Source: Lingula anatina
Taxonomy: Eukaryota > Animalia > Brachiopoda
Reading direction: 5' to 3'
NCBI GenBank assembly: GCA_051362555.1
Contig: CM120646.1
Location: forward strand, 16,244,001 to 16,308,000
Length of the DNA stretch: 64,000 bases
A program made the translations under genes and the position numbers. Below, one piece after another: positions 50,807 through 63,829 of the stretch (position 1 is the stretch's first letter; the number at the start of each line of letters is the position of its first letter). A model generated the notes under the pieces. It searched no databases. It saw nothing but the letters and a program-made list of their open reading frames with translations, and had not been told where the DNA came from.

Positions 50807-52523
50807 ATGGGGAAAGCCGTACATGTATTATGTATTTTGATCTCGTTCTTGGTCTGTGTATTGTTTGAAAAGACTGTTCGCGCCCAGATGGCGAATAGCG
50901 ACTCTGGAAAGCATATCTATCTTCGGGTCCTGCATTTCCAGATCCAAAACTTGATGCAGAAACTGGAAGCCGAAGGCTGTCATAAGATGTACAGCCATAT
51001 GTTTGGAAAGGTTCCTATTATAGGTCGTCGTTCTACAGCCGTATTCGACTTGAAGCTAGAAATTGGTTTGGCGCAAGATACACTGGCATTTTTGAAGAAA
51101 GAGGTTTTGGAATGCAAAAGCGTTAGTCTGGTAAAGACCACTCCCTGGATTCCAACCATTAGAACTACCACGACCACGTCCCTATTATAACGACCACTTC
51201 TACCACATCTACGACCACTTTGGTTTCGACAACAGGTTGATATTCGTACTATTTTTGGTAATTTTACAAAATGACGGTATATTCTTGTGGGGTAAATGAG
51301 TTAGGAATTTTAGAAAAAAAATTTTAGAAACAAGCCCCACATCTTCTCTTTTCAGTGCTTAGTACAGTAATATTGCCAATTTCCTTGTTTAAACCTACCA
51401 TTTCACTCTAACGTTTCCTGTATGCGCCGTATTTAAGATTTATGTGTATGTTGCAATTGCAAAGCGCAGGTGGATTACAATTTCTTACCATCTACCAGGG
51501 CCACAGATTGATTTGCAATAGATATTCACAAATATGTTTCTAATTAAATAATGGTACTTTTTTGCACCGTTCGTTGGAAAAAATCCACATGATAATAATT
51601 TGCGACTCCGGTAGAGGGTAACAATTTTTTTATCAAAATGTGCGTTTTACAGCACAGAGCGAACACTCACTCCACGTTTTATATAGTTAGTTTGAAATGT
51701 GCGGTGTTGCTTCCTGACTTCAATTTATCATGTGCTCTCTCACTCTCTCTCTTTCGTCATTACTTGCTCTGCTTGCATGTTGTTTTTTATGCCAGGAATC
51801 TTTGTGTGTCCTCACAAGGACTTTGTACGTTTTGGGAACAGCTGCTACCTTCTTTTGAGGCAGTTAATGACTTGGGACGCAGCCCAATCGATGTGCAAGC
51901 AATATTGCGGCTATTTGGTTGAAATTAACACTGCAGCGGAACAGACCGTGGTTGAGGGCATACTGACGAGGAATGGCAAGTATATCTCACAATTAATGCC
52001 ATACATGTATTATTTTATCACCTGATACAACGTAAGGTACATTTTAGCCGTATATTGACAGTTAAGGAAACGATCGTCTGGAGTGTACATGTTAACAGTA
52101 TAAAATACGGAATGCTTATTTGAGTGACTGTCTAAAGCGCATACTGTATTTGCAATTTTTGAGTGAAAGGAATTAACGTTCCTTTTTGTCAAAAGACATA
52201 GAAACGAAGTATTTTAAAATTTCTATTTGGTGTGCTCTCTATATTAATTTCTGCTTGAATATGTCCTTTCTATAGCGTCGGACCTCAGTCTTGTATGGGC
52301 GGGAGGGAAATGGAAGATCCCTGGTAACGGCCTCGAGAAGTACTGGGCAGGTTCCAATAGCACCATAAGCGGTCCTACTTACTGGATGGAAGGAAGACCA
52401 TATAAATCAGCACCTTTCATGTGTCGCAACGCCACGTGGAATAGAAACAAGGCTGTAGGAATATGGCTTGATTGTGATAACCATGAAACAAACAGCCTAC
52501 TCTGCGAAATTCCTCTACGCTGA
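50807..52523 (+). CDS. Secreted protein: signal peptide, helical pro-region with GRR site, Thr-rich stalk, C-type lectin domain; exons 50807-51235, 51796-51975, 52276-52523; 1-nt frameshift at ~51180
   Basis: Exons 2-3 give CP...FGNSCY..MTWDAAQSMC...GYLVEINTAAEQ...VWAGG...YW...C...C...LCE*, a CTLD. The Thr-rich stalk continues in another frame after ACG TCC C. Intron 2 must be GC-AG to keep phase. Confidence 0.8.
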
Positions 52524-53045
52524 AACAATTGCACTGGGGGAATAAGACAAAGCAAAGGCCGGTGATGACCCTGATTTTGTTTTTTTTTTTTTCATTTGAG
52601 ATAGAGGGCATCTCTTCTGTTATAAAAGACATTCATTATTTTGGGTTGTATTTGGGTTTTTTTGGCTCCCATTTCTTTATTCATTCTTTTTATCTATTTA
52701 TTAGATTTTTGTCAGTCTTTCGACAAAGAAATTAAAGTTTCAATAAATTGCTGAATCTGGGTCTTTACTTTCAATTGTTTTATGATTACTATATGTTTAC
52801 AAACCAATTGGTGTCTGGCTTTGCAATAAATGTTTATAGTATTTTGTCCTGCTCGTTCATGACTAACATATCTAGAGGGTCTAATGTTTCATTCTTAGAG
52901 TAAAGTGTGTACTAGTATATTTGGGTTTAAATAATAGGACTGCCACGTACGTTTTAAGAGCATATGCATCGATTGCTGCCAAATATTTTAAAATAGTCCA
53001 TTTAAACAAGTGCCCCTAGTACATTTTCTTATCTCTATCCACTTT

Positions 53046-55404
53046 TTACAGTGTTTCCACCCGTGCATCTCTAGTGACAATCCTGCACCACTGCTGTTGC
53101 CACGTGCTGTTGTAATGGACCCTGTCCAGGCCGCCGTACCCTCTGCCACAGATGAATCTCTCCCCACTTTCGAATAACTCTAGAAAGGCCTTCCAGTGCC
53201 TGGAAATTGCAGAAATTCTCTTTCTGTCGCCTTTGGAACAACGTTTCTTACTTTTCTTTAATGATGAAAAATCATGTAGAGCCACACGTGGGCATGTTGA
53301 ATTTCGCACGTGGTGAGGTGGGTGAAAGAAAAAAGAGAGCAACGTGATTAATAGCTTCAAACAGTTTAGATAAAAGGTAAAAAATGAAACATCGTTTTTC
53401 ACGTCAGAGTATAGCATTACATAGCTAACAAATTGTGTTCTAGAACAGGGAAAGCGTGATAGATCCACTGCGCGCCATTTGCAGTTATAATGGTAAGGCG
53501 TCACCCTAACAGTTGAACTAATTCCCGCAAATTATTTTTCGTGATAGAGTTACAGTTAAGTCATAAAGAGTTGTGTTATAGAGAGAAGAAACGTGATAAT
53601 TTAAACACGTGCCTTTTGTGAGGATGCCATCAAGTCGTTTAAAAGGTTCAATTAGTTTTTGCATTCGTTACATTACAAATAACAGAGAAACGTGTCTTGG
53701 AAATGAGTAAACGTGATAATTCCAACACGTGCCATTTGTAAATTTAAATAGCGTCTGTAAATTAAAGGTCTTTCAAACCACAATAATACGTGGTGTGTGG
53801 GCCATTGAATTTTGTAAAGAGAAACCAGATTTGACAACCAGGGACAGATGAGAAACAGTATTATCCCTAGAGTTGAGACAATTTTATCAAAAAATGGACT
53901 TTTTAGTTTTTAAAAATGCTGTAAACTCCGTATTAAATTGTCGTTAAAATATATGTACGGTTATAGACAATAGGTTGATTCTGCTGAGCCCTTGTGACCA
54001 CCTGGTGGAATTGCAACCGGCAGGCCACATTGACCTACCGGAACTTGATTGCCTTGCTGGGTATTTTGAAAGTTTTGTACCATCTTAATGGATCTCTTTG
54101 CTATTGAGTTCAGGTACATTGACGGCTCACAGTGCACTATGAGTTAAATCAACTTTATCACCCTTCAATATTTCATTACTAATTATCATCTTGAATGTAC
54201 TGGAGTTTGTCCTTCTATTTGGGAATATTGCTGATTTTCAACACACTGCAGAGAAAACGAGGCATTCAAAAAGAAGGAGCTTATATTTTATAAATAGCAT
54301 TTTCACAAGTCAAACCACCGAATGTTCCTCTAAAATCTGCTTCAAACACTAGAATGCCTTGTTCTTTTGAAGGACAGAAATACAATGAATTCTGAATAAA
54401 AGGCCACATTATACTGTTTTGTTTACATCCATCATGCAAAAAAATAAATAAGGACCAAAATAATCTAAGTAATACTGAAAATACCAGTAAATTAGTCATG
54501 CAGAACAAAAGTTTTAGCAAATGACTCAAACGTGAAACATTCCTATCCACAACACGGCAGATCCCCAGGCGACAGAAGCCTGAGATATAAGAATAAGGAC
54601 ATTATGTTCAAAGAAAAGGAATACTGACTGTTAACCCCGGGAACGTCTTCAAGAAACCCCGTGGATAATGCGTCGCGTTCTTCAATTTTGTTATAAGCTT
54701 ATACAAATTTGACAAAAATTAACAAACCCTTTTCAGCCTTTCCATCAAAAAGGTACAGTACCTTCTCTTAATGAACAAAGATATGTCATCTTATTCACTG
54801 TGATCCGTTGGCGAAACCAAAAGCCATGTGAAATAATTTACATTGCATGAGCACACTCGTCATTCGCATGCAAGATGAGTTCCAAAAAGCTAGGGGGTTG
54901 GAGCAGTTTTGAAAGCAAAGCATTGTACTAAGCATGCCGTAACTTATTAGAAGATCTTAAATTCAGAAATTGAAAAAGATGCAGTCTGCTGGTTTGTCCT
55001 CAACCGCAAGTAAAAGCAGTCTGTTTCTTTTAGTTAAAAGAGTTTCCACCTCTTCATTCCCCACGCGACGCGGTACGCGACTGTTTGTTTATTTATATCG
55101 TAGATAGACTGATCGCGTTTCGTTGGTAATCCTTAACCCAATGCTCTGCTTCCAAACCGGCTTCAACATCCTGCCCTTTTGGTAGGTTGATGTAAAAAAG
55201 GAGATAGAGATAGGTCTTTCAGTCTTTTTAAGTCGACTTTTAATGTTGACAGAGTAGATGTAACAAAAATAGATTAACACATATATATAAGTTCTTCTTT
55301 CACTGAAATACCGAGGAACATGAGTGTGTGGTGTGCCCTAATTTTCCATAAAGAAGTTCATTTATATGGGTAGAAGTAATCCTTTTCTCAATATTTTAAT
55401 GGTT

Positions 55405-55448
<44 letters not shown>

Positions 55449-57460
55449 AAAGTTATTTCAATGAGAATATTTCAAAAATTTATCACATATCAACTTTATG
55501 AGGCATGAATCTGTTGACGTCATTTTGTTTTCGATAGATCGTACATGTGATATTCTTCCGTAAAACAACATTACAGTACCAAACATTTGCCATTGTGCTA
55601 GCATCATGTTTTCAAATTAGTAACTTATATCATTTCACACAAGTTCAAATTACTAATTGAATGGCAGTGAAAGAATGAGAAAAAAGTCTCTGTCTGCACA
55701 TTATCTATTGGTTTTACTTTTTACATCTTACAGTCATACATCCCAAACACGTGTCGGGTGCACCACAATCTGTAACTTGCCACGTGCAGCTATTTGTATT
55801 TAAAATGTCCTTGAAAATGCAGAGATTCAGACCTTCAAATATCCAACCTCAAATACATTTGAATGCGAAAACGTTTGGTGACACTTATGTGTCGATTCTG
55901 CCCAACACATGCCAAAGAGATGGGATCGCAGATGTTGTAAGAAATGTTTTTTAAAGGGTACCCTTTTTAAAGGGTATCGGAAGAATAATCCTGTCACCGT
56001 ATTCTTTTTTGTACTAATGGCGGGTATTTACACCTTCTACGACATCACTTCTCTTGGCAAAGTGCTTTGTACACCAAATTCGGTTCATTAATTCCTCACT
56101 TGCCCTCATTAGAGATCTTATTTTTTTTTTTATTAAAAAATGGGCGTCTCAAGACTAACTTTCAAGACATCACTATAAGCCAAACTGGAGATAAATATGC
56201 TGCCCCTATTGTCAATTCAAGAAAGCTGTTCAGCCGAGCTGTCCAAATTTGGAGCATAGTAAAGACAGGTTGAGCTAGTCATATTTCTTACGTTCACATG
56301 TTCCTTATGTTTACCACAAACCTGCTTGCGACACACGTGCGGCGGTTGGTATTGTGGTGGACAGATTATTTGAACAAAGGAGTTAGATATCTGGAACAAA
56401 GCCGCAGATGTGAATTGCGTTTCTACATGTAAATTCCACCTGACTCTTTCACTTCTCGTATATTAAAAAGATCACTGCTTTTTTTCAAGGGAGTAATTTG
56501 ATATTGATACATTGGTACGATGTTTATCTCTTTCCTTGACCTCTGATCTCTACTATCGTTATGGTTCTGGGAACTACTGTAAATGTACTTCATCATTTTG
56601 TCCTCGCACCAGATAGGGCTGATAGGTGACTGCATAAAACTTACACTGCCTGATTGTGTCCATAAACAAGAACGAAAATCCTTTCAGAAACCAGCTGGGT
56701 GATGACCCCATTTCTGAAATTCTGTGCCAAAGTTCTAACAGCACAAAAATTAGCCAGAGAAATATCTACTATCTGGCAATGGAGAGCAATATCCGTTTTT
56801 TGTTTGGAATCGAATAGCTGAAATAAAACTTTATAGAATGTTGCACCTGCGTTGGTGAAATTCTACAAGATCTAAGGACTCGATTACATGACATTTAATC
56901 ATACATATGAACGTTATGCTTTGCATGTATCAAATATCTCAGCCACGACAACATGATACATGGCCCATTACGAGCATTTATCATACTTTTCGTTTTGACA
57001 CAATATAAAATTACTTTACTGTCATTGATACATTGCTTTATTAATTCAGGTTACATCTATGCGTACCAAACTGAAAAAAAACCCAGATATTTTCGAGTGA
57101 ATTAAACGAAAAGAATATAAAAAAAGGCAAGGTCAGGGTACGTGTTTGAGCTACTATCGGCAACTTCATTCGAATATTTCCTTCTGTGTTTTAAACTAAG
57201 TCCATCCTATGGAGTAATGGACACATCAACGTTTGAAGAATTTAACGTTGGCGGTTCATTTCACAAAGCCTTACAGATGCTTAATTTTACGGAAAGGTTT
57301 ACCTAAAAGATCAGCCAAAAGAATACTTACACATTCCAAGGCAAATGCCTTGGGAAAAGTAACGTGTTTCTATACTCAACAAATTGTAAACGGAACACGC
57401 ACAAATTTCCACTTATCGATCTTCTTATTTCGAATATGATACTACACGATGAATTTTCGT
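53046..57460 (-). pseudogene. Unidentified multi-exon gene remnant with short introns and nonsense mutations
   Basis: Phase-consistent exons 54697-54629, 54579-54532, 54391-54316, 54245-..., ...-54039 and 53199-53046 give FLEDVPGVNSFCRLGICRVVDRNVSQFIVFLSFKRTRHSSV*SRF*RNIRCVLKI...RDPLRWYKTFKIPSKAIKFRHWKAFLELFESGERFICGRGYGGLDRVHYNSTW. More exon-like pieces lie upstream. The 5' limit is uncertain. Confidence 0.45.
55408..55445. repeat. (GA)n microsatellite
   Basis: Directly visible. Confidence 0.9.
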
Positions 57461-58397
57461 GTGCCTCTTGACTCTGTTTAATTGCCTGTGCATATAATCA
57501 TTGAGTAACACGCCATTCCCTCTCTCTTTAGGCAACAGTATTTCAGGTAAAGTAAGCAAGCAAAAGGTAGTGTCTCTAACTCCTTCCAACCCTCCATTCC
57601 CTTCCCCTTGTGCTGACCAATGTGACAGACATGCGGGCACGTATGGTTGACACAATTAATACTGGTGGCGGGGGGGCAAATTTGAGGCTGGTTGGTGTAT
57701 GTTTTTTGACTTTCTGAATTATGAAAGAGATGAGAGTTTGTTGCAGGAAGTAGCAAAATCGACGCATATTTCTGCCTTCTTAGTGCGTGTATATTGGTGA
57801 TGTGGGCTTATGGAGCTGTCTTCTCCACATAAACCATGCACCCAACAAGAAAGGCAAACACAACGCAACGAATGTATAAAGTAAGCTAAATCAGATATAT
57901 GGGCCTTCTTCGAAATGTAATATAACATGATGGCTTTCATAAAATCTGATTAAGAAAGGTGACAGAAGTGATGTGTACTTTTACTTCGGTTGTATGACAA
58001 ACAGTCCAGGTCAGTCACTGAGTTGACTTAATTGCATAGACACTTGAAAGGCAGATCCGTTTCAACTGGGCTTCACTAAAGCTATCACGCTATTGGGGTC
58101 TTTTCCAATGTGTAGCTGAAGCCGAAGATATGTATTGGACGGATAAAAAAACGCCTCTAACTTTTGACTCAGAAAACTCAACCATTCGCCTAATAATTCG
58201 ATTAATATGTACTCGATGCCAATTCAAGTTCTATCTTCTAGTGCATGAAAGCTTTGACTCTATACCCTTAGGTGATACAAAAATGAGCGTCCTAAATTTG
58301 AGAGGGGTGAAGCAAGCATATTATATTCCATTTCATTTGTGATCTCTTGGAAAGGCTGATTAGTTGCCTACTTATGTAATGTTTTTAATTAACAGTT

Positions 58398-60700
58398 ATG
58401 GATGAGGAAGGAGAGTGTTCTGTAGATTTCATAGACATCACAGAAGAATTTCATCAGCTGTGTTATGTTATAAGAATAAAGTCATTTTCCTTCAATCAAC
58501 AGTTAATATTGGCAGCACAAATGAACCCCAATATTTCGATGCCTCTTCAGACAGTGGGTGGGAGAGGGGGGCAAGTATTATCTCCTGGATTGACTCATTT
58601 CCTGATGAAGATGCTGGAGAGACATCGAAATATTGGAGGTTATATTAGCTGTCAATTTCAACTGGTGATTGAAGAAAAATTACTTTATGCTTTGTTGATT
58701 GGTATGTTCTCATAATGTGCGATACTTAAACAGTGGCACGTAATGTAAACGGGGAGAAAGCCGCTGGATGTTGAATGAGGTAGAAAAAAATATTGTTAGA
58801 AGGAAGGCGGCGCAGGAACCAGCTAGAAAGTACGTAGTTAATAAAGAGTATGAAATAACATAAAGGTATTGTGGTTTCTACCTCGCGTAAGAACTAAAGT
58901 AGAAGTCAATGCCATCGTCACACATAGTCCTCATCTCTCTGAACCTTTGCTTACTGCTCTCAGACTACATGTATATATATATTTTTTCGATCATAATGCC
59001 TGTATGCCTTGACTTTATTTCTTTAAGTCCCCCTTTACACTGGACGGAGTCCTTTTTGCGTCCTTTGTGCGACCATGAAACTGGAATCGGTGCGGTCGTA
59101 GAAAGGAGGCACAAGTATCGCTTTGGTTGCAGAATGAATGCTCAATGACAGGCCAGTTGTTATATATAGGCCTATATTTTTTTACTCTCAAACGGGGCCG
59201 TACTACTGGACGCAGAAAGGACGCAGTCCAGTGTAAAGGTGGCTTTACCGAATGAAGTGACTTCCTGTAGCCTTCTGAAATATAGCTATTGTATTTGACC
59301 ATCAAGACGGGCCCCATTGTTAAGCCTGTTGGATATCGAACAGTGTATTGTAAATACGATTCAGATACTTCATGGACTAGGAGCCAACTTGTTCAAAACA
59401 TCGTTTTGTTACCTAAACTGTCTGGCAGTCGGTCCTGTTGTGATCTTAAATGATCAACTGCTGAGAGGTTTCAGTAGTCTGGGAAATGTCGTTATCCAGA
59501 AGACTGCAAAGCGTTTCTTTCCGACGTCTTGTATTGCCGTACCAAATGCCACATGAATATCATTAGTATTCAAAATTTCTTTTTGGCGGAGGCAAAGTTT
59601 TCTATAAATCAAACTATATAGTTTAACTAAATTTTTTTATCTATCCTATATAACCTCATCAAAGGTGTTTATTTACTTGGGTAACATGATCACGAATTTT
59701 GACCCAAACCGAAAAGGCCCCAATAACTGGGATTCGCCACTCTAACCACTAGCCCATCCGACCAGCTCTTACATAACACATGAATCTATTTGGTGCAGTC
59801 AGCTCATTGTGTTTTTAAATCTTTCGAAGCTACATGAATCTCTCTTTTAAGGTTATACTTAAGGAAAAATAAAGTGTTGATCTTTACTGATCCACTTTGG
59901 TCCGCCATTTTGGATCTGCATGCCAACGCACAACCTAGACACCCCATCATTGCTCGAAACTTGGCGTATGAATCGATCACGTAAAAAAAGGTCATCGTAT
60001 TTAAATGTTTCAAAAGAAAATTAACGCATCCATCTTTCATTTTTCAGAAATGAATGAAGTATTGGTCTTAAAGCCCCATAAATACTTTGAGACGCACGTC
60101 AAATTAATTTTAGAAGGCAGACTCTATGGGGCTATTTCAGTCCTGCAGTTGCACATCATGTCTGCAAAAACACGCACGATTTTCCATTTCCTTTCTATCT
60201 TGATTCCTTAATTCCAATCACAGATTGAAAAAAGGCCAGATTCGCTTATGTTGACGAACCCAATTGAGGTATTCGTGCAGATTTGGCACGTGTACTATTC
60301 TCTTCAGATCTTACGCAGTGTTGACAGCCTCGTCAAGTATGATGTCTATTATGATTATGATTTCGGACCTGGCCAATGAACTTCAAAAAAATGGGATACA
60401 AATGCTCCACTTTATCTTAGAACTCAAAAAGAAGCGTATGCACATGTCAATATCCGTGTGTTTGTAAGAAGAAATGATTCTGGTAAATAAACACTTGAAC
60501 CCTTTAACCATCGGCATCATCGGCGTCCCGGTGTGACAGGAATGTTAGCTCGAGGTCCCATTTGATAAGAGCAGCTTAGGGTTAGCCAGAGTATTGGGGT
60601 TAGTATATGGGACGAATGTCACCTGTATATAAGATGGTACTGCAGGAACATGGTTTTATCAGCTTTAATACCAGTTGCATTTGGGTTATGTTGGTGTTTT
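58398..60700 (+). pseudogene. Unidentified multi-exon gene remnant(s) with very short introns
   Basis: Exon-like segments 58398-58460 and 58503-58638, plus a phase-consistent chain 60048-60159, 60224-60268, 60308-60463 (introns 64 and 39 nt) reading EMNEVLVLKPHKYFETHVKLILEGRLYGAISVLQLHIILKKGQIRLC*RTQLRSYAVL...DLANELQKNGIQMLHFILELKKKR. Confidence 0.33.
59026..59244. mobile_element. Harbinger-like MITE (TTA TSD, ~37-bp TIRs ..CCTTTACACTGGAC..)
   Basis: Inverted repeat CCTTTACACTGGACGGAGTCCTTTTTGCGTCC / GGACGCAGAAAGGACGCAGTCCAGTGTAAAGG with TTA on both sides. Confidence 0.75.
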
Positions 60701-60968
60701 CCTAACATAGCGCTACACTCTACTGTCATACAGTGTCTTAAAGCCACAAAAAGAGATCTTACGTAGGATTTTGTCTATTATAATTGTTATTGTTGTGATC
60801 TCTGTGTTCAGTTGCATAAGCCAGAGCTGTCTAGAGACAAGCTCTAGATCGTTTTAAGCAGAAAACAGAAATGCCCCGATTGACAAAGAACAAATCTTTG
60901 GGATAGAGTCAAAACAACCGTAAAAGTTGTAGAATGCGTCCATACGGCCTTTTTATTGCATAACCTTA

Positions 60969-61178
60969 GACTGCATTCCCACAAATTTAGATCGATCTAT
61001 CTGGATCGACCTAACTCCCTGGGGGTTCATGCTAAATTGCTGTCAGCCGAGCGCGCACGGAAGTTACAGCTTACAGCTTTTAGTAGGCGGGGCAGACATT
61101 CTAGCCAACTAAACTGACACCAATCTAGTGAGACTCCCCACGGGGATAGATCGATCTAAAATTTGTGGGAATGCAGTC
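60969..61178. mobile_element. Tourist/PIF-Harbinger-like MITE family A, divergent copy 3
   Basis: Perfect TIR GACTGCATTCCCACAAATTT, TTA TSD, interior homologous to 24426-24640. Confidence 0.85.
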
Positions 61179-63136
61179 TTAGATTGCCAACTCAACAGGA
61201 TAGTTATTTGTCAAAAAAGGTACTCGATATTAAACAAACACAGCTGGATAAAGAAACTAGTATGGAAACATATCAGAAGAGTCAGAATCATAGAAAAAAA
61301 GATCATCTTTCCTGTTAACAAAGTGACGCGTTTCTGTCGTATATTTCTCGAAAAATCCAAGTTAATTCGCCTATAAATATTATTGATAAGCAATGTCCAA
61401 ACAGTCTTTACGTCACAGGGTCTGATTCATTGGAGAAACATCCGCAGTGATGTGGTGTGCGTTTGAAGTGTCCGGATTCATCTTTCTATTAACGGCAACC
61501 TACATCTGGCATTAACGATTGTATGCGCTTTAAATTGGCAATGCGCTTGTCGGCGGCAGAATAAGTAGGGGCCACTGTGTCGGATAAAGATAATAAACTC
61601 ATTCGCTTTTAGGGGGGAGGGGCGCATGTCATTTGTCGACCATTACTGGACCTAAGCTGTACCACTGCATAGTGAATGAATTGTGGTCGTAATCATAGAC
61701 TAAAATGACCGATGGAATTTAAAAAAGGGAAGGAAATACATGTTCGAGTTCTCGGACAACATAATTTTGATATAATAATTGATAGTAGTTTCGCCACTGA
61801 CGTTAAATGTTTATTTGACCTTTGGCAATATTTAGCAGAAAAGAGACAAAATGCACTCATTCGTTATTGATATTTATTATCAATAAGTCTAATAAATGTC
61901 GGGAACAGAGCGATTATTTCTGTAAGATGTCTGCAAGATCACGATATCATATCTTTTTCTTGGTACTGCATGTAATCATTTTCACTTTCAGGCAACACAA
62001 TATTGATTAGCTTGCAGACTAGAAAAGAGTACAGCAACATTGAAAATATATTCGATCAACAACAAGCTGAACCGAATGAAGACTGTTTCTAACCTTGGTT
62101 GCTTACAATGAAAACATTCTCATAAAAACTACCTACTTTAAATCAGAAGTGATACAATAAATTCCACGAAATAGCTTTCGAAATAGGAATGATATTATAT
62201 CTTTACGGCAGTACGGAAGTGGAATGATTTTAGAAAATACTACGCTTTTACTTAGTCAGTATGAATCTCAGTAGATTGGGCTGTGTTATTGTTGAAACTG
62301 ATTGTTTCATCTGAAAGGGATTGTGGTGAAGAATCTCTAAGTTCGAACGATGTGAACGGATGGCTTTTAATCGTTCTCCGGTCTGGCTAAGTTAGGGCGT
62401 TGTCCTTGAAACAGCAGCTCTGGTAATTAAGGTGAACCACAATTTAACAGCAGTATTTGATTGGTAGACACATCAGCAATGTCAATAGTCTGGAGGCTTT
62501 CTATGAGAGATTTTCTCGCCAAATCTAATTCTGCGAGAAACCATGTGATTTTCTCCTGTTCACAAAACATTACTCGGTCCGTCCCTGCACTTTGATAAGA
62601 TGCTTTGTATTATTTGCAATTAAATAACTAATTCCTAACTTATCATAATTGACTTAGACTGCCATTTCTCCTTGACTTTTCAGAAAGAAATATCGACTTC
62701 ATATATTTTTATTTGAAGCTTTTTGAATTGATAACGGTTAGTAGCTTTGCAGGGTATTTACACATGCCTTTTTTTAACTGTATAACCGTATAAACTGGGA
62801 TAACAAAGGATAAACCATATAAATGGGGATACTTTACTTGATTTACTAAAAATAAAACAGTTGCTGATTAAGGCAAACGGCTGATATATTTTGGCGTGTT
62901 AGCTGCCTTTACTTTTTCGCCGGTTTAAGTGCAAATTAAATTTATGGACATTAAGTAAGGACTAAGTTTCCACTAAAGTTCTATTGTGAAGCCAGATAAC
63001 CAAGACTTACACATACAGGTATGCATTATAAACACATCCGATAAAGGGGGTATTGGTTAAGGATTGTGTAATGCGGTATTACGTCCAAAAATGGGTCAGG
63101 CGCATTTCCTTGACGTCATTAGTTATTTCATAGTGC

Positions 63137-63829
63137 ATGACTCCACCGAGATCTACACTTAAAAGGCTGCCCTTAATATATTCGATACTCAGGTATATTA
63201 TTCTTCTTCTCTCTATTAAAGTCTTGTATGAGGATCTGATCATCGTGCCTTTTCATTTTGAAGTAGGTTGTCTCTTTAGAGAGGATGGGGTTAATTTTCA
63301 TTAATATTTTGAAATATACCTTATGGATGCTAACATAGAAAGGGAAAAATAGAGAAAATTCAAAGATAGCAGAGAATGCTTTTCTTTTAATTCCATCCGT
63401 AACATTTTCGTTTCTGCTACACAGCAGTATCTCACTCTGTCCCCTGGCTATCGGCTCTCTTTAAACAAGTATCTATTTCTAGGATTACACCAAATAACTT
63501 ATATTTGGAGAAAATAACTCTTTTTCTCAGATATTCCTGTTGATGTTCCAACAATCTGCAGTTGTATGAAGAAGACCAGCAATTGTGTATGGGAAGAGCA
63601 AGCGAGAGAATAGGCCAATGATTTGAGTGCCAATGATTATGTGGTCGTTCTCGTAAGGGCTGAAAATATTCCCTCTGCCATGACCACAGAGAGAGCTGTC
63701 CACTACATAATCACAGGTTTAGCTCTAGCTGTGCATATTCAGGCGAGGATATTTTGCACAGCGACGTCATCACTAAGTCTATCTCTTGTAGCGAGGATTG
63801 ATAATATAAACATACACTGTGCTAGCTAA
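63137..63829 (+). pseudogene. Possible gene remnant: short ATG exon 63137-63192 and ~100-codon terminal exon 63531-63829 with one internal stop
   Basis: Pyrimidine tract/CAG acceptor at 63530, then IPVDVPTICSCMKKTSNCVWEEQARE*ANDLSANDYVVVLVRAENIPS...; TGACGTCA at 63111 just upstream of the ATG. Confidence 0.25.

Noticed and set aside
60600-60625. IWDECH as a DExH helicase motif II
   Set aside because: No Walker A or other helicase motifs were found at suitable spacing, so it is probably chance.
53046-63829. In-frame stops as selenocysteine or a variant genetic code
   Set aside because: The stops are a mix of TAA, TAG and TGA, and I saw no SECIS; decay is the simpler explanation.
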